Below are positions 12,943 to 25,099 of a stretch of 64,000 bases of DNA, piece after piece (the first letter of the stretch is position 1; every line of letters starts with the position of its first letter). The translations under genes were made by a program, and so were the position numbers. The stretch comes from Paecilomyces variotii (lineage: Eukaryota), in NCBI GenBank assembly GCA_004022145.1, contig RCNU01000002.1, one strand, 5' to 3'. The notes under the pieces are model-generated. The model had not been told where the DNA came from and ran no database searches. It saw nothing but the letters and a program-made list of their open reading frames with translations.

Positions 12943-14034
12943 CTAGCGTGGAATCACATCCTCAATCGTCCGCTCTCCGTCTCCAAAAACCTGCTTAAAG
13001 CCATGGTCATAGGTCTTCCACATCGCAACGAAGACCTTATCTTCCACCTTTACAAGCCATTCTGGGCTTCGTCCATCAGAGTCGGCCAAGTATGCTCCCA
13101 GAGTTATCAGTAGAAAGATCAACGGCCCCCATAGTGTGAGGAAAAGACCCGATCCGACGCGCTGGCGGACGGTGGTTATGCGATATGGGCGGATTTGCGA
13201 AAGGTAGGTTTGGTACGAAATCGGAAGGTCATGCTCGGCGGCGCCTGTTCTTATCAGATCAAGGTAACGCGCGGAGGGTTGGGCGTAAGAAGGGTCCGGG
13301 CGAACGAGTGGGTTCGATTCACTATCTTCTCGATCTGGAGAGAGTAAAGTGTGCGCTTTGAAGGGCTGTGTCTTTGGCAGGTCGGGGACTGGATCTGTCG
13401 AGTTATATTTCTCGGGGAAGGGATAGCATGTCACGACCATGTCCCGGTATCCTCGTCCTCCGCCTTCGGTGGCTATGATGCGAGCGTAGTCTGTCAGTGT
13501 GACTTCGTACACTACGCCGATTAGAGGCTTGTGCCATCGATCTTTGTTGTATTCTCGCTTGGCGAGAAGAGGGCTTCCATCCGTGTCTTCCTTGCTGCTT
13601 CCTTCATGGGATCCTGGATGATCTCGGAACTGTGAACCTGCGAAGCATGGCTCTCCGTATGGGAGCCCGGGAAGATCGAATGTCAGTTTCAACTCTGGGA
13701 CGTAGACATTGATCTCAGATAGCGGCTTGATGCCACGGGATCCGCGAAACTTGGCGGAAGACAGATTCGAGCCGTATGCAAGGTATAAGACCGTTTTCTC
13801 CTCAGCCGCTTCCTCGTGTCTTGGTATGTCCTGCTCCAACACTTCCTGGGAGAGGCATGGATCCGAATCAAGGGAATCGCCTTGCGTAGACTGCTGTCGC
13901 CGCCCCGCCGTTGTCTGATTGTAGAGGGCGTTCGTCGTGTATGTGGAAGGGCGTGTGAAAGCGAAGACATTCCGAAGGCGCTGGAAGGCTTCATGGCCGG
14001 AGCCGTAGGCCTGCTCCCGGGTTTCCTCTCTCAT
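12943..14034 (-). CDS. GliK-like gamma-glutamyl cyclotransferase with C-terminal hydrophobic helix
   Basis: LYLAYGSNL, LTFDLPGLPYGEPCFA, LIGVVYEVT..DYARIIATEGGG, AQPSARYL. The start is uncertain: the frame is open upstream to a CTAAC..CAG acceptor near 14078-14090. Confidence 0.8.
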   Translation of the reverse strand: MREETREQAYGSGHEAFQRLRNVFAFTRPSTYTTNALYNQTTAGRRQQSTQGDSLDSDPCLSQEVLEQDIPRHEEAAEEKTVLYLAYGSNLSSAKFRGSRGIKPLSEINVYVPELKLTFDLPGLPYGEPCFAGSQFRDHPGSHEGSSKEDTDGSPLLAKREYNKDRWHKPLIGVVYEVTLTDYARIIATEGGGRGYRDMVVTCYPFPEKYNSTDPVPDLPKTQPFKAHTLLSPDREDSESNPLVRPDPSYAQPSARYLDLIRTGAAEHDLPISYQTYLSQIRPYRITTVRQRVGSGLFLTLWGPLIFLLITLGAYLADSDGRSPEWLVKVEDKVFVAMWKTYDHGFKQVFGDGERTIEDVIPR

Positions 14035-15488
14035 GACGGAGCGTGCTTCTGAATTCGTATCAGTCTTCTCAAGAAAGCTGTCAGAGTTAGCGTCTGCTAG
14101 AGAGAAGCTGCGTTAACCCTGGATAATTAGCAGAATAAGCTGATATTGTAATCAATTGGTACGTAGATAGTTAGTCCGTGGTCAGCGCTGGGGCCGTCAC
14201 AACCGGATGGATTCGTCCGAGGCGCCCGCCTTGCGATTCACTGCAATGAACGGGAACACGGAGACAAATCCACCCGTTCTGGGCGGCGAAGTCTGGTGTG
14301 TAGCCGCGTTCTCAGACATGCTAACTGAGCTAGAACTGGCACGCTGGAGATCATGGTTTGCAATTTGAGATGTGATACTGATGTTGATCACCAGAGCAGC
14401 TATTATTTGGGACTCCTGGACAGGTCTTTTGGACGTTAAAATAGCTGCCGTGCTCTCCGTATCGGCGTGGTGGCTGATGCCTTCATGGTATAAGCTCCTG
14501 GAGACATCAACAAGTCATCAAGTTAGGAGCGATCGAGCGATCGAGCAGAACGCTGTAGACTCCAGCAAGTGAAGATGTGAGGTCGTTGTGGGTTTTATAG
14601 GCAAGACTGATGGGGATGGGATAATGCCTACATCACGCAATTTCCCCGGACTCTGACAATCTTTCCAGGAGCAGCTAGTAACGCCATCTTTCCCCAGATG
14701 GGCCCAGCACTAAATTACGGGGACAATCCACATATTATTGTGATTCCACTGTGCTGAATTTACTCCTATTGATCTTTTGAAGCGCAGTTCTGTGTGCTTC
14801 GCTTCCCCAGGTTTATCTTGTTCAGATCGTTTCAAAATTGAGTTTAGTTGAAATGTATCCCCCAACAACGTCTAGACCCTGGACGATCGAGAGAATGCTG
14901 TAAATACTGTCCTATATAATGTCTTGTACAAATTTCCTTCACTAAGCACCATACAATCTCGAAAAGATCAAATTGTCCATGATTACTACGACTCGACTAG
15001 TTTAAGTTAACCAGTGAAAGTCGCCAGATTGCTTAGTAAATAAAAGTGACGACGGCATTCGGTAGGTTAACTATAGCTGCTTGACTATCTACTCCGTAGT
15101 CGCATTTTGAATTCAAAAACTTGACTTATTATTAAATAGTTCCATTAATCATAAAACTGGTTAGTTATCGCTCTTACTTTTCTAGTCTTTCTCAAAGATC
15201 TACGTTTACCTGGTATTGTTGCTTGTAGGGAATACCCGCAAGAGTGCCTTTCCAATTATTGCAATTAGCCGCCGCATTCACTTCATGACTGACTGTGATT
15301 ACATTATCCACCAGGCAACAACAGATATCTCTATTCTTGTCACCAGGTAGCCTTGCGTAGTGATTTTTTCCCCACGATTTGAGCGAACAACTGAATCGCT
15401 GAAGGAGATTTGACATCAACCAAAGGTACCATTTGATAGACAGACAGTTCGATACTCAGAGACTGATGATGCAAAACAGACTGCGACT

Positions 15489-16022
15489 ATGAACCAGAAC
15501 AAGATCCCTATTATTGTTCGTAAAATGATGGCCGCGAAAAAAGAGGCCGAAGATACAGAACCAGCGCCATGCGATCCTGCCATCGACTACATCCCTTTTC
15601 GAAAAGAGTACTACTTTTTTTATGGCACCTTGATGGATCCTGCTACACTTATGAAAGTTCTTGACTTGTCCGAGGAACCGACCCTGCTGCCTACAAAGGT
15701 GGCGGGCTATTACATCAAACTCTGGGGCAAGTATCCAGCACTCTTAGACGGTAAGCCGGGAAACTGGGTATACGGTATGGCCTACGAAGTTCAGTCACAA
15801 GAGCACTTGGATCGACTGGTTGCGTACGAAACGGACAAATATAGAATTGAGTCATGCGGGATTTATCCCGCGGACTCTGATGAAAATAGCACAGATATCC
15901 TTTTTGGTCAAACATTTCTTTGGGACGGGAAGCCCGAAGAGCTGAGTGAAGGGGAATTCAGTTTAGAGACATGGAAACGAGAGGGAAACGAAGCGCCACA
16001 AACGAAAGGGGATAGTCTCTAA
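15489..16022 (+). CDS. AIG2-like gamma-glutamyl(amine) cyclotransferase (GGACT fold)
   Basis: Intronless 177 aa. YFFYGTLMDP, WGKYPALL, VYGMAYEV, LDRLVAYE (putative catalytic Glu). Confidence 0.85.
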   Translation: MNQNKIPIIVRKMMAAKKEAEDTEPAPCDPAIDYIPFRKEYYFFYGTLMDPATLMKVLDLSEEPTLLPTKVAGYYIKLWGKYPALLDGKPGNWVYGMAYEVQSQEHLDRLVAYETDKYRIESCGIYPADSDENSTDILFGQTFLWDGKPEELSEGEFSLETWKREGNEAPQTKGDSL

Positions 16023-16708
16023 TTACAAAATATTCTCCCTGGGGACATGTGCAATTCCTGCACTATGCTGCAGAACCAGTGAGCAACTTGGAAGGCCTTT
16101 AGCCCTGCGATGTAATGCAACCCCAACTCAGAGTTCTAGTACCGAATGAGAATATAGATTCTTCATTAAGCCTCATCGCACGTAATACTTGTAGAAGGCC
16201 TATTGCTACCTCAACAGAGCAGATTGGCCCTACCAATGTTAACTCGCTGTTGAGTTTCTGAATATTCGACCAAAAGAGACTATATGAGGCTTAAGTCAGC
16301 TATCTAGCGTCGTCCGTCTCATTATGGAAAATGTGGGAGAACTCCTCCTGGTTACCCTGAGATAGGAAACTTCGAATAAACCTCCAGCCAGAGGCTTGTC
16401 AAGTCCTAGAACAAAGAAACGAAGGTGGATCAGGGACATAGTTTCGGATCCCATCTCCTGGAACGCTTGATTCTCAAGATGTACTGAACTCAGTCACCAA
16501 ACTATGCAAGTGAATGTGACCCTAAATGCGTATTCACTGCTCACATATTGATTATTCGTTATCGTATAAAGCCTATTCTCTTCCCACAGAACTCTTAACA
16601 CCATATTGAGCAGTCTAAGATATCATATCCACCTACGCAAATCTTAAATCCCTAACATAGCTTCTCTCAGAATTCCAACTAAACAGCAGATCTCAAATAC
16701 CATCAGAT

Positions 16709-17788
16709 ATGTCGTCTGCATTCAAATTCGGTGTTGAGCTGGAGCTCCTCCTGTCGGGGAGATTCGAAAACGAGTTTTCAGACCTCAAGCAATTCGCAAA
16801 CCATGTTGCCAGCTGCTACAATCGCCGTACGGGTCGTCATGATAGAAAGATACACGAAGATTTGGATGGTGATTACAAGGGCGAAGACGCGGACAAAGAA
16901 TGGTCTCTCACAGAGGACTGCACTGTAAGGGCTGATAGGGCCGACCAATGTGAGTTCTTTTTATCCCAGGGAAATTGTATCTTTTGCAATGCTTATGTTG
17001 TGGCTATAGGGCCAATAGAAATTGTCAGTCCTATTCTCGTCTTTGGCACTCAAGAGTGGAGAGACGACATCAGGAAGCTCTTCACTAATATCCGATCGTT
17101 TTGCCGCATAGAGTGCAATGACAGCTGTGGCCTTCATATCCACATCTCACCCCCGGGCTCTAGCCAATGGAGTATTGAGACCTTGAGATCTCTATGCCGG
17201 AGCCTGATCTATTTCGAGAATGGGTTTCAAGTGCTGCTGCCCCAACATCGTCGCGCGAATTACTTCGCAGCAAGCAATCGCTATGATAACCCCAGGCTCA
17301 ACGGAAGGAGTTTGGGAGATATCTTCGAAGCTATTGATCAATGTGAGCTGGGGCCCGACATCACAGATCTGATGAACGACGGCGGAAAAAAATACTTCGC
17401 TTGCAATTTTCTTAACCTATGGCATGGTAGATCAATGACTGTCGAGTTTAGACAAGCTCCTGGTGCACCACGTGAACAAGACTGCCTTCCATGGGTCGAG
17501 TTAATCGTGGCGTTTGTCCACGCTGCAAGAGATCTTGGGACACCTGGCCAGCTCAGGTCGTTCTCTCAAGATGTGCAAGGACTTCATCGGTTTATAACAA
17601 GGAACCAACCGTCCGGTATGAACCGTACCATCTTGGACAGTCTTTTCCGGGGGAAGACGGGAGCAATTCATCCGAGAGCTGTCCCTCCTCCGACGGAGGG
17701 AGAGAGGTGGATCATAGAAGCGAAGGAAGAGGAAGACGGACGCAAGAATATGATGTTGAAGAAAATGGGGCGTGTATTGCAACGTTGA
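16709..17788 (+). CDS. Putative amidoligase (Amidoligase_2; COOH-NH2 ligase of the glutamine synthetase/gamma-GCS fold), ~339 aa
   Basis: FGVELEL, W.LTED.TV, IEIVSPIL, NDSCGLHIHIS, LLPQHRR.N, KYFACNF.NL, TVEFRQ. One in-frame 60-nt intron 16950-17009 (GTGAGT..TAG) restores Q-W-P-I-E. Confidence 0.85.
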   Translation: MSSAFKFGVELELLLSGRFENEFSDLKQFANHVASCYNRRTGRHDRKIHEDLDGDYKGEDADKEWSLTEDCTVRADRADQCEFFLSQGNCIFCNAYVVAIGPIEIVSPILVFGTQEWRDDIRKLFTNIRSFCRIECNDSCGLHIHISPPGSSQWSIETLRSLCRSLIYFENGFQVLLPQHRRANYFAASNRYDNPRLNGRSLGDIFEAIDQCELGPDITDLMNDGGKKYFACNFLNLWHGRSMTVEFRQAPGAPREQDCLPWVELIVAFVHAARDLGTPGQLRSFSQDVQGLHRFITRNQPSGMNRTILDSLFRGKTGAIHPRAVPPPTEGERWIIEAKEEEDGRKNMMLKKMGRVLQR

Positions 17789-18110
17789 AGTAGTGCGGTC
17801 AATCATGGCCCACTGCTATGTGATAATCACGTTATGCAGCTTAGTCGGCAAATACCCGTGCAGGAAACAGCAGAATGGGTTGCCACAATTGCGAATATAC
17901 AGGCCATGTTTACCATATTTCTTTGAGCTAATGACTTACCATCGGGACTAAGTCCAGTTTCTATGTCAGTCGTTAGATTCAGATGTTACTATTCTACATT
18001 GAGTTTTCGACAAGGTCTTACATTTACCCGTAGATCTAGATAATCATGCAATTCCACATCCACAACTTCCATCCCGTTCCTGCGCCCCGACTGTCCCGCC
18101 CAGAGTATTA

Positions 18111-19631
18111 CTATAGTAGATAATCCCTTGGATCGGTGTCCCCCCAATCAGCTCTCCACTGCCGTGCTAATACCTCCTTCGCACCTGTGCGCTCGAGTCG
18201 CGACGCATCCCACATAACGTACCCCCAACGACGGATAACGTCTTGCACGTAGTATCCATACAGATTGCTATAGGACCCTTTCCATATTAGAGTCCAAGCA
18301 AGCGGTGGATGTTCCCCATTTGCATCTAGCACCTCGTCACCTTGGAAAGGGAACGGATCACGCCGCTCCTGCCTCAAGTCCCGATTCGAGAGTTGCTCCT
18401 GGCGTCGCTGGGACTGTGCTGTTTCGCCCAAAGCATCATCCTCGAGAAAACTGCCTATCGGCCATGAAATGTGCTTTTGCATTGTCGAAACTAGTTGTGC
18501 GTGGTCCTTAATCTTGAACAAGACAGTATGCAGCAGCTCGAGACCACAGGAGATTGTTCCCTTCAGGAGGCTATCTCTAACCCCTATCATTTTTGTGTGA
18601 TTAGTTCTATGCAAACAGTAAAGTGATTTCATTTTGTTTAGAATTACGAGGGAAGCAGGAAGGGGTGTAAACTAACAGCTATTGTCGAGGTCAAATGCTC
18701 CTTCCGGCGTGGGAGGCCGCTGTGCTGCAAACTTAGGATTCTTTTCATTTATATCCCAACAGATATCGTCGAAGATGTGGTTATACTTTTCCTTGGCGAA
18801 ACTGTAGATACAAGCAATCTCCTCGACCTCCCAGGGCTCGAATATGCATATAAATATCTTCAAGATGTCCACAGAATCAAAGCCCAACCTCGGTTGCAAG
18901 TAGGATCGATAACGGCCGACGCCAAAGAGATTGCAGCATAGCTGAAAACGATAAAGAGCACGCATTAGTCGTGTCTCCTCCGTAATACTGAGAGACTCAT
19001 GATTCTGCGGGTCGCCGGCCTCCTTGGAGAGATTGTCAAGAGCCCAGGCGGTATAGTGCCTCGCGAGAGGTTTGATGATCGAGGAGTGGAAGGCCACTAT
19101 GCGTACGATGTCATCAACGGTTAATGTCTCGCTTATTACCGAATATTGGGACCCCGAGCGTCGATCTCGGTAGGATTTGAGAAACTGAGAGATACTTTCA
19201 CTGGTGCGCGCGTCTGAAAACTCGATCGAGCTGGACTGATAAACGGCGCAAGCATCGACGGTAACGCTACGCAAGGTGACCTCCAAGCATTTACAGAGTA
19301 GGTGCCTGCGATCTAGCAGATACTGGTGGTAATAGATAGGAGATGTAGAAACCAGGGCTCTTAAACCATCGAGTTCCAGCATAGAAAGGAGGTGACGCCG
19401 GACTTCAGGCGGGAGATTTTCCAGCGGTGCATTAAGATGAGGAGTACTGCCGGATGGCTTTGCCTGGGAATCTTCCTGTACTTGAACTGACACGGATCTT
19501 TCTGACTGGGCGATAGTCTGGTGCGGACTGACTTGAGCCGTTATCACTGATAGAGCTGGATCTGGTGTGGAATCCGGCATAGACGTGGAAAGACGCATGG
19601 AATGTCTGAATTTCGAGAGAACCTTTTTCAT
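18111..19631 (-). CDS. Uncharacterised fungal protein with an N-terminal F-box-like motif (~475 aa)
   Basis: Exons 19631-18677 and 18583-18111 (intron GTTAGT..TAG joins S-W-V-R). F-box-like LENLPPEVRRHLLSMLELDGLRALVSTSP; E.TRLMRALYRFQLCCNLF, FEPWEVEEIAC, C-terminal RRWGYVMWDASRLE. Confidence 0.7.
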
Positions 19632-20135
19632 TTCGAATATTCGCTGACGTTAAACGCGAGTTTAGAACAAAGGTGATCGATTCAGAAGTAAAATTAAGAG
19701 AGTAGATAGAGCAAGAAAAAGATGAAGTGATAGAAATGGATACGACGGCGGTACTTAATTAGCCGCCTACTCCTGGAGGCGTCAATCGGAGAGATCAGAT
19801 CTGTCCCCACGCCCCAAAAGAGAAAAACGAAAAAAGAAACGACTAACAAGATCTGTCTAGGTTCATTATTACGACTCTTAAGAGAAAATCTTTTTGTCAA
19901 GATCTAATCTACTAATGGTAAATGTCATTTTGAAGATCTGGAACGTCTCCAGGCTCTGTACTTAGCACGTGACGCAAACACTTGAGGGAGTTGCTTCCTT
20001 CCATTTTCAAACATTAGCTTGCGAGTCCAAGATATCGCCTTGATACAGAGTGCGCTGTGGCTATTCTGACAGCGCCGGAAAACAAGTATCCGTCGATAAT
20101 GTTAAAGACAACGTCGTGACAGACACAGGCCGACA

Positions 20136-23100
20136 ATGGATCCCGGTTCATCTCCTCAAGTGCATGAAAGGATTGAGAGTGTCTCGACTCCGATTGGACT
20201 TATACAAAGATTGATAGCCCATTTGCATAATGCCTTTTATGGGAGAAACTCAGAAGACCTTGTACTGTCAGTAGTTATTTCTTCCATTTTTACTAAATGC
20301 TGACGTACTTACTTCTTATAGCATTCCACATGACATCGTTAAACCGTTGTCTGCAATGCATCTCCCGATAGAGAGCTCTGATATCGAATGCTTAGTGGCA
20401 CTGCTAGATAACGTCAATGGTTGCTCTAAACTGCACGACGGTTCTCTCTGCTGCTTGATGTCCCTTTTTCTAAGGGCACCCTGGTCATTGGCGCAAGAGC
20501 GCGGTCTCTGTCTTCTATTAGTTCAGTGTCATATTTTTTCTTCGGTGACTATAGAATATATTCTAATACAAAGTAGGATGCTATTACACACCTCACAGAT
20601 TCCACTAGAGGAGGGTCTCGTGGAAACCTGAAGTCTCTTGCTCGGAAAAGGAAGTCACTCCTTGGGCAGAAGATGCTCATACCTCTATTAGAAATCTTTG
20701 TTCAGGAGACCAAGACCGAAAGATTACGAAGATGGGTAGGTTGGAAGCCACGTTATGATTCAATTTTGCTCACTAACTCACTGATCAATAGACCGGGCAA
20801 TTGTTCCTAGAATTACTCTGCGACTCTTCAGACAACAAGGAACTGCTAGCTTTAGGAGCTGAAACTCTCCGGTTAGTCCGTGAGGTCCATGTCCTACGGC
20901 TTTGGCTGACAGTTTTCTCATTCCTAGGCGGAGAATCGGCCACATTCTTTGCTATGGATCGGAGTTGACTCTGCGTTACCTCGCTGGGTGTATAATTCGA
21001 GAGATGCGTGTGACGGAGTACGATCGGCAGCTTTTCGACAATGTGGAAGTAAACGACCAGCTGAATGATTTCTTCAAAGAATCCGAAACACCTGGCTCTG
21101 AGTGGATTACATCTTGTTGCACTTTCATACATGGCAAGAGGAATGGAATGTATGGCACTGCATACCGTGAACTTCTAATGATCGTACTAGACAAGTACGC
21201 TAACTCTACATGTCTCAAGCGCCCCGTGGCTTATCAAGTCGATTAACCTAGAAAAGCATATCACGTCTAGGAATAGCATAGTGCTAGTCCATACCCGTGA
21301 ATCTCTGGTATTCATCATTTTGCGGGGAAGACCCACGTGGCAGCAACCGCGGTTTATAGAGTTTCCTTTTCACTCTATAATTCCCGAGGAACCTTGCGTC
21401 TCCTATGACGAAGCCGAAGACACTAATATAAAGATCAGGTTGAAACCCGGAGGCCACTATGTCATGAACGGGAAGAAGATGTACGCAGAATCCATGTCGA
21501 TCGACTTCGTCTGCAATTCATATTCACAGGAGATAGTAAAAGCTATCACAATTGCCACCAAAGAGGTATTGACAGATCACAAGGAAATCAAACACAGCAG
21601 ACTATCATACTCAACTGGAGATCAAGGGCCTAGTCCACGGCATGCGTCTCAGGTAGTTGTTCACCTGAACCAGATGGAGAGCGTTGACTATGATAAAGGA
21701 TCTGTAAGTCGCATAACTGAAACATGCAGACCCGATGAAGCGCTCCGTCAGCCTCTTATACGCAGGAGTGGTTCAATTGTGGTAAGCCTCGACGCTGGAA
21801 CAGATGTGACTAGGAAGTCACTCGTGTCCCGCAATCAGGCCACAGAGAATAAACGCCCATTTCTGAAGATACCTAGCGGTAAAGGAGATATAGATAATCA
21901 GCCTAAGGAGAAAGAAGGTGACGAAAATCTAGAATGGATTGCCAGATGCGAAACGTTTGTGCAAAGCATTTCAAGCGCTTCTGAAGCTGGTCATTTGACG
22001 AAAGACGTTGAGCCAGAAGCAGTCAAGTCTTTCGAGGATGACTCTGAAGTCGCCGCCCAAGGGGATAGAAAGGAGCAAGACCAGCGAGAGGGGCAATATG
22101 GCGAAGAAAACTACGATGATACCGCGGAAGACATATATACGGGAGCGGACGCGTCTCCATGTGACCCCATGTCTTCTCTGGACCCGCTTCACTCGCAGCA
22201 ACAGTTTCATCTAAGTCTTCCTGGAACTTTCACATCTGAACAAACTACTATCGGAATAACTGACCAGGTAGGCAGCTACTTCATCTGTTCTTCGAAAACA
22301 CCATGGCTAATTCAATATCTTGCTCATAGGTTAAAGCTATGGCACCAGGGGTAATTCCCGATTCTCAGGAGGAGCAACGTTCTACCATGAACACAAACAT
22401 AATCGAACAAGGAGAATGCTCTTCTGCGAATAACTCCGATAAAACCAAAGCGAAAAGTGGTCTGAAACCGTTGCCTAGAGGGCACCTCAAACAACTACTT
22501 GAACATAAAATTGTCACGACAGACTCTGTGGATTGGGATGAAGATCTTCGCATACCAGCGAGTGAACTAGAGCTGCCCAACAGCAAGACAAAGAGATCCC
22601 CAGCACATCTACCATCCCCTGGTGGCTCGAGGAAGAAGAAACCAGGCCCGTCGAGCAGAAATAAAAACCGGCCAAAGATATCACTCCCAACTCCCAAAAC
22701 CGGCACTGCCTCGTCGAAGAAAAGTCGTGCCTCGGAAAAACCACCAGTTCAGAATACATTGGCATCACGCCGTCCGCGTCGTGCGGCTGCAGATGAAGCG
22801 AAAATTAAAATACTATGCGACTACAATCAGGATGAGGATGTTGATGATGATCCTATCCGAGATTCGACACCTGACGACAGCCTTACATTCGGCAATAGCT
22901 TCCAGTTCGACCAGAAAAGAACGTCCACCCCTCGTCTTGCCCATACAGACCAAGCCGGTAATGCAGAGACTAAAACACCCGTCATTGACTTGACTACTGC
23001 CTCAGATGGGCTTGACAATGTCGATGAGGAAGATAATCATCAGCAGCAGGATGTATCCCTCCAATCCGTTAGAGATACCCCCGCAAGCAGCGAGAACGCT

Positions 23101-25099
23101 TTGCCAGCTGTGGGGAATGACAATAGAGAGAATAGCTCGAGAGTCGAAGAGGATCAAGAAGACAGGTATAGAGGAAGAGGACACTTAATAGGCAGCAAGC
23201 TCGCAGCAGTGTTAGGTCAACATGGTGTTCTCTCATCCGATCAAGTCGATAAGGATCCAAGGGAGGCTGAGTGCGAGCAACCTCGCACGTCTCCGGCCAT
23301 TGTGGGATATGACCAGCAATCTGAGAGAAAGGAAAGGTTGGCAAAGATTTCGAGCCAAATTTCTGACTTTATCAGTGGCGGTTTTGATAATGCGCCTGGC
23401 AAGATCCACGAAACACCGGATCTCTCTGGGCTGTCAGAAGAAAGTGAGCGAGTTCACTTAAAGACAACGGACCATATAGTCCACAAAGCGACCGAAAATG
23501 AAAAGCAAACTGGGGACGGGACTTCTAGTACCGATAATCGGATAACTCTTAGAAACTCAGAAGGAGTCTCTATAGATAGTGACAAAGAGTCTTCGAAGTC
23601 TATCCGTCCGGTAGCCTCGAAAGCCGCCAAAATTATTGGACACCCATATGCCGCATTAATCGATGAACGCTTACATAGAAAAACTCAGATTGTGAGCTTT
23701 TCTGCTGATGGTCCTCGCAACCAGTGCGAGATACGTCCGTCTTCTTCAGTCAAGAGACTGAGAAGCCCGCAGCTACAGTCTAATGACAAGACAGAAAACC
23801 AATTCAAACGAAAGGCAGTAGTGCAGCAACCGGACGATCTTACTCGGCCTACCAAACGGCTCAGATTTGAGTTTGGGGGGAGTAGTGATATGGATGAAGC
23901 CATGGACTCTACTTTATCGGCTACCCCTGGTCACATCCATACTATATCTTCTCCTAGCCCTTTGAAGATGAACCAATGCCGGGGAAGCATCGTCGACGAG
24001 AATGGTAGTCCTCACCCAGTCTCCCGTACTGCAACACAGATTATGATCCCTGGTGATCATGTTTTACTTAACAGAGATGGCAAAAGACCGACTGTGCCGC
24101 ATCAAGATAGCTGTGACGAACCTGCAACTGAATCCAGCCCACTCAGCTACGTCTCCAAAGATGCTGGGGTCGATTACCGTATACGGTCCAAAGGACAGTC
24201 CGTGGGAAAGCGGTCGCCTCAGGCTCGAGCTCTTTTCCCTCCTTCTAGGGCATCCAAAATAGCTAACAAGCAGAATGATGACGTCGAATTAGCCGGGCGG
24301 GGCTCGCAAAGGCAGTCAAACCCCCTTTTCATATCACAGAGACGAATGCCTAATCAAACTAGAGAGGAGAGAACTTTGCCGTTTAGCAAGCGGCTGAATG
24401 GTGACCAAGCAGAAATCAGGCGTGTTCAAGGGCAGCATATTGCCAACGAACAAGAGGCCCAACTATCGACATTCTGGGATTCTATTTCAAGTCCCAAAAA
24501 GATTGAAGCGAAAACAGATGTCACTGCCGAACCACGCGATGAGATTAACTACGGTCGAGGCTCCACAGTTGAGTCATCTTCCCCATCGGGTCTCTCACAG
24601 ACATCGGAATCTATCACATTAGTAGAGCCAGAGGGGCAAGAGACGCAATTTGACCAATTGCGTCGTGCCAGCCACGGAAGTACTCTTGATATTCTAGTCG
24701 ACACCAGCGAGGTCTGTATATTCTCATTACAATATGAAGTTCTAGCTAACAAGTATCCAGCGCCTTGTGTGTCACCTCGTAGAAGAGGAAGATGCTGTCT
24801 GGGACGTGCTGGAAACGTACGACCATGGTTGTCGCAGACTCATCGACCAGCTTACAGAAGCACACAACGAATCCCTCGAGGCATACGAACGAGCGATGAC
24901 GGCTATGATGACTGAGTATAAGGAGGTCCGCGAGAAAACCCTTGAGCGACTGAAAGCTCGCGACAAGGTGCTCAAGGCATTACCTACCACGGACAAACTG
25001 GCCTCTGGGATGAAGAAGTGGGAAAAGTTACTCACACGTCTGCAGGATCTCTCGACTGCATACGACGCCAAACTGGATGCACTGGAAGCTCCTGAATAA
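20136..25099 (+). CDS. Large 8-exon protein (~1519 aa): folded N-terminus, long disordered middle, C-terminal coiled coil; candidate meiotic axis-core protein (Red1/SYCP2/Rec10-like)
   Basis: Exons 20136-20266, 20322-20520, 20577-20735, 20792-20871, 20928-21149, 21220-22267, 22330-24711, 24761-25099 total 4560 nt in one open frame, with GT..AG introns and CTAAY/CTGAC-type branch sites. The gene model is well supported; the functional call rests on architecture only. Confidence 0.6.

Noticed and set aside
12943-14034. Gliotoxin/ETP biosynthetic cluster suggested by the GliK-like gene
   Set aside because: No NRPS, P450, GST, dipeptidase or thioredoxin reductase in the window; the gene appears to be a stand-alone paralog.
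14900-15200. TpA-rich patch suggesting a RIP-mutated transposon (similar patches near 25.3 and 45.75 kb)
   Set aside because: Too short, with no transposase remnant, TIR or LTR recognisable; RIP indices could not be computed.
16950-17009. Stop-free in-frame introns (also 9009-9065 and 36010-36066) as regulated intron retention
   Set aside because: Short 3n introns without stops arise by chance; there is no evidence of retention without RNA data.
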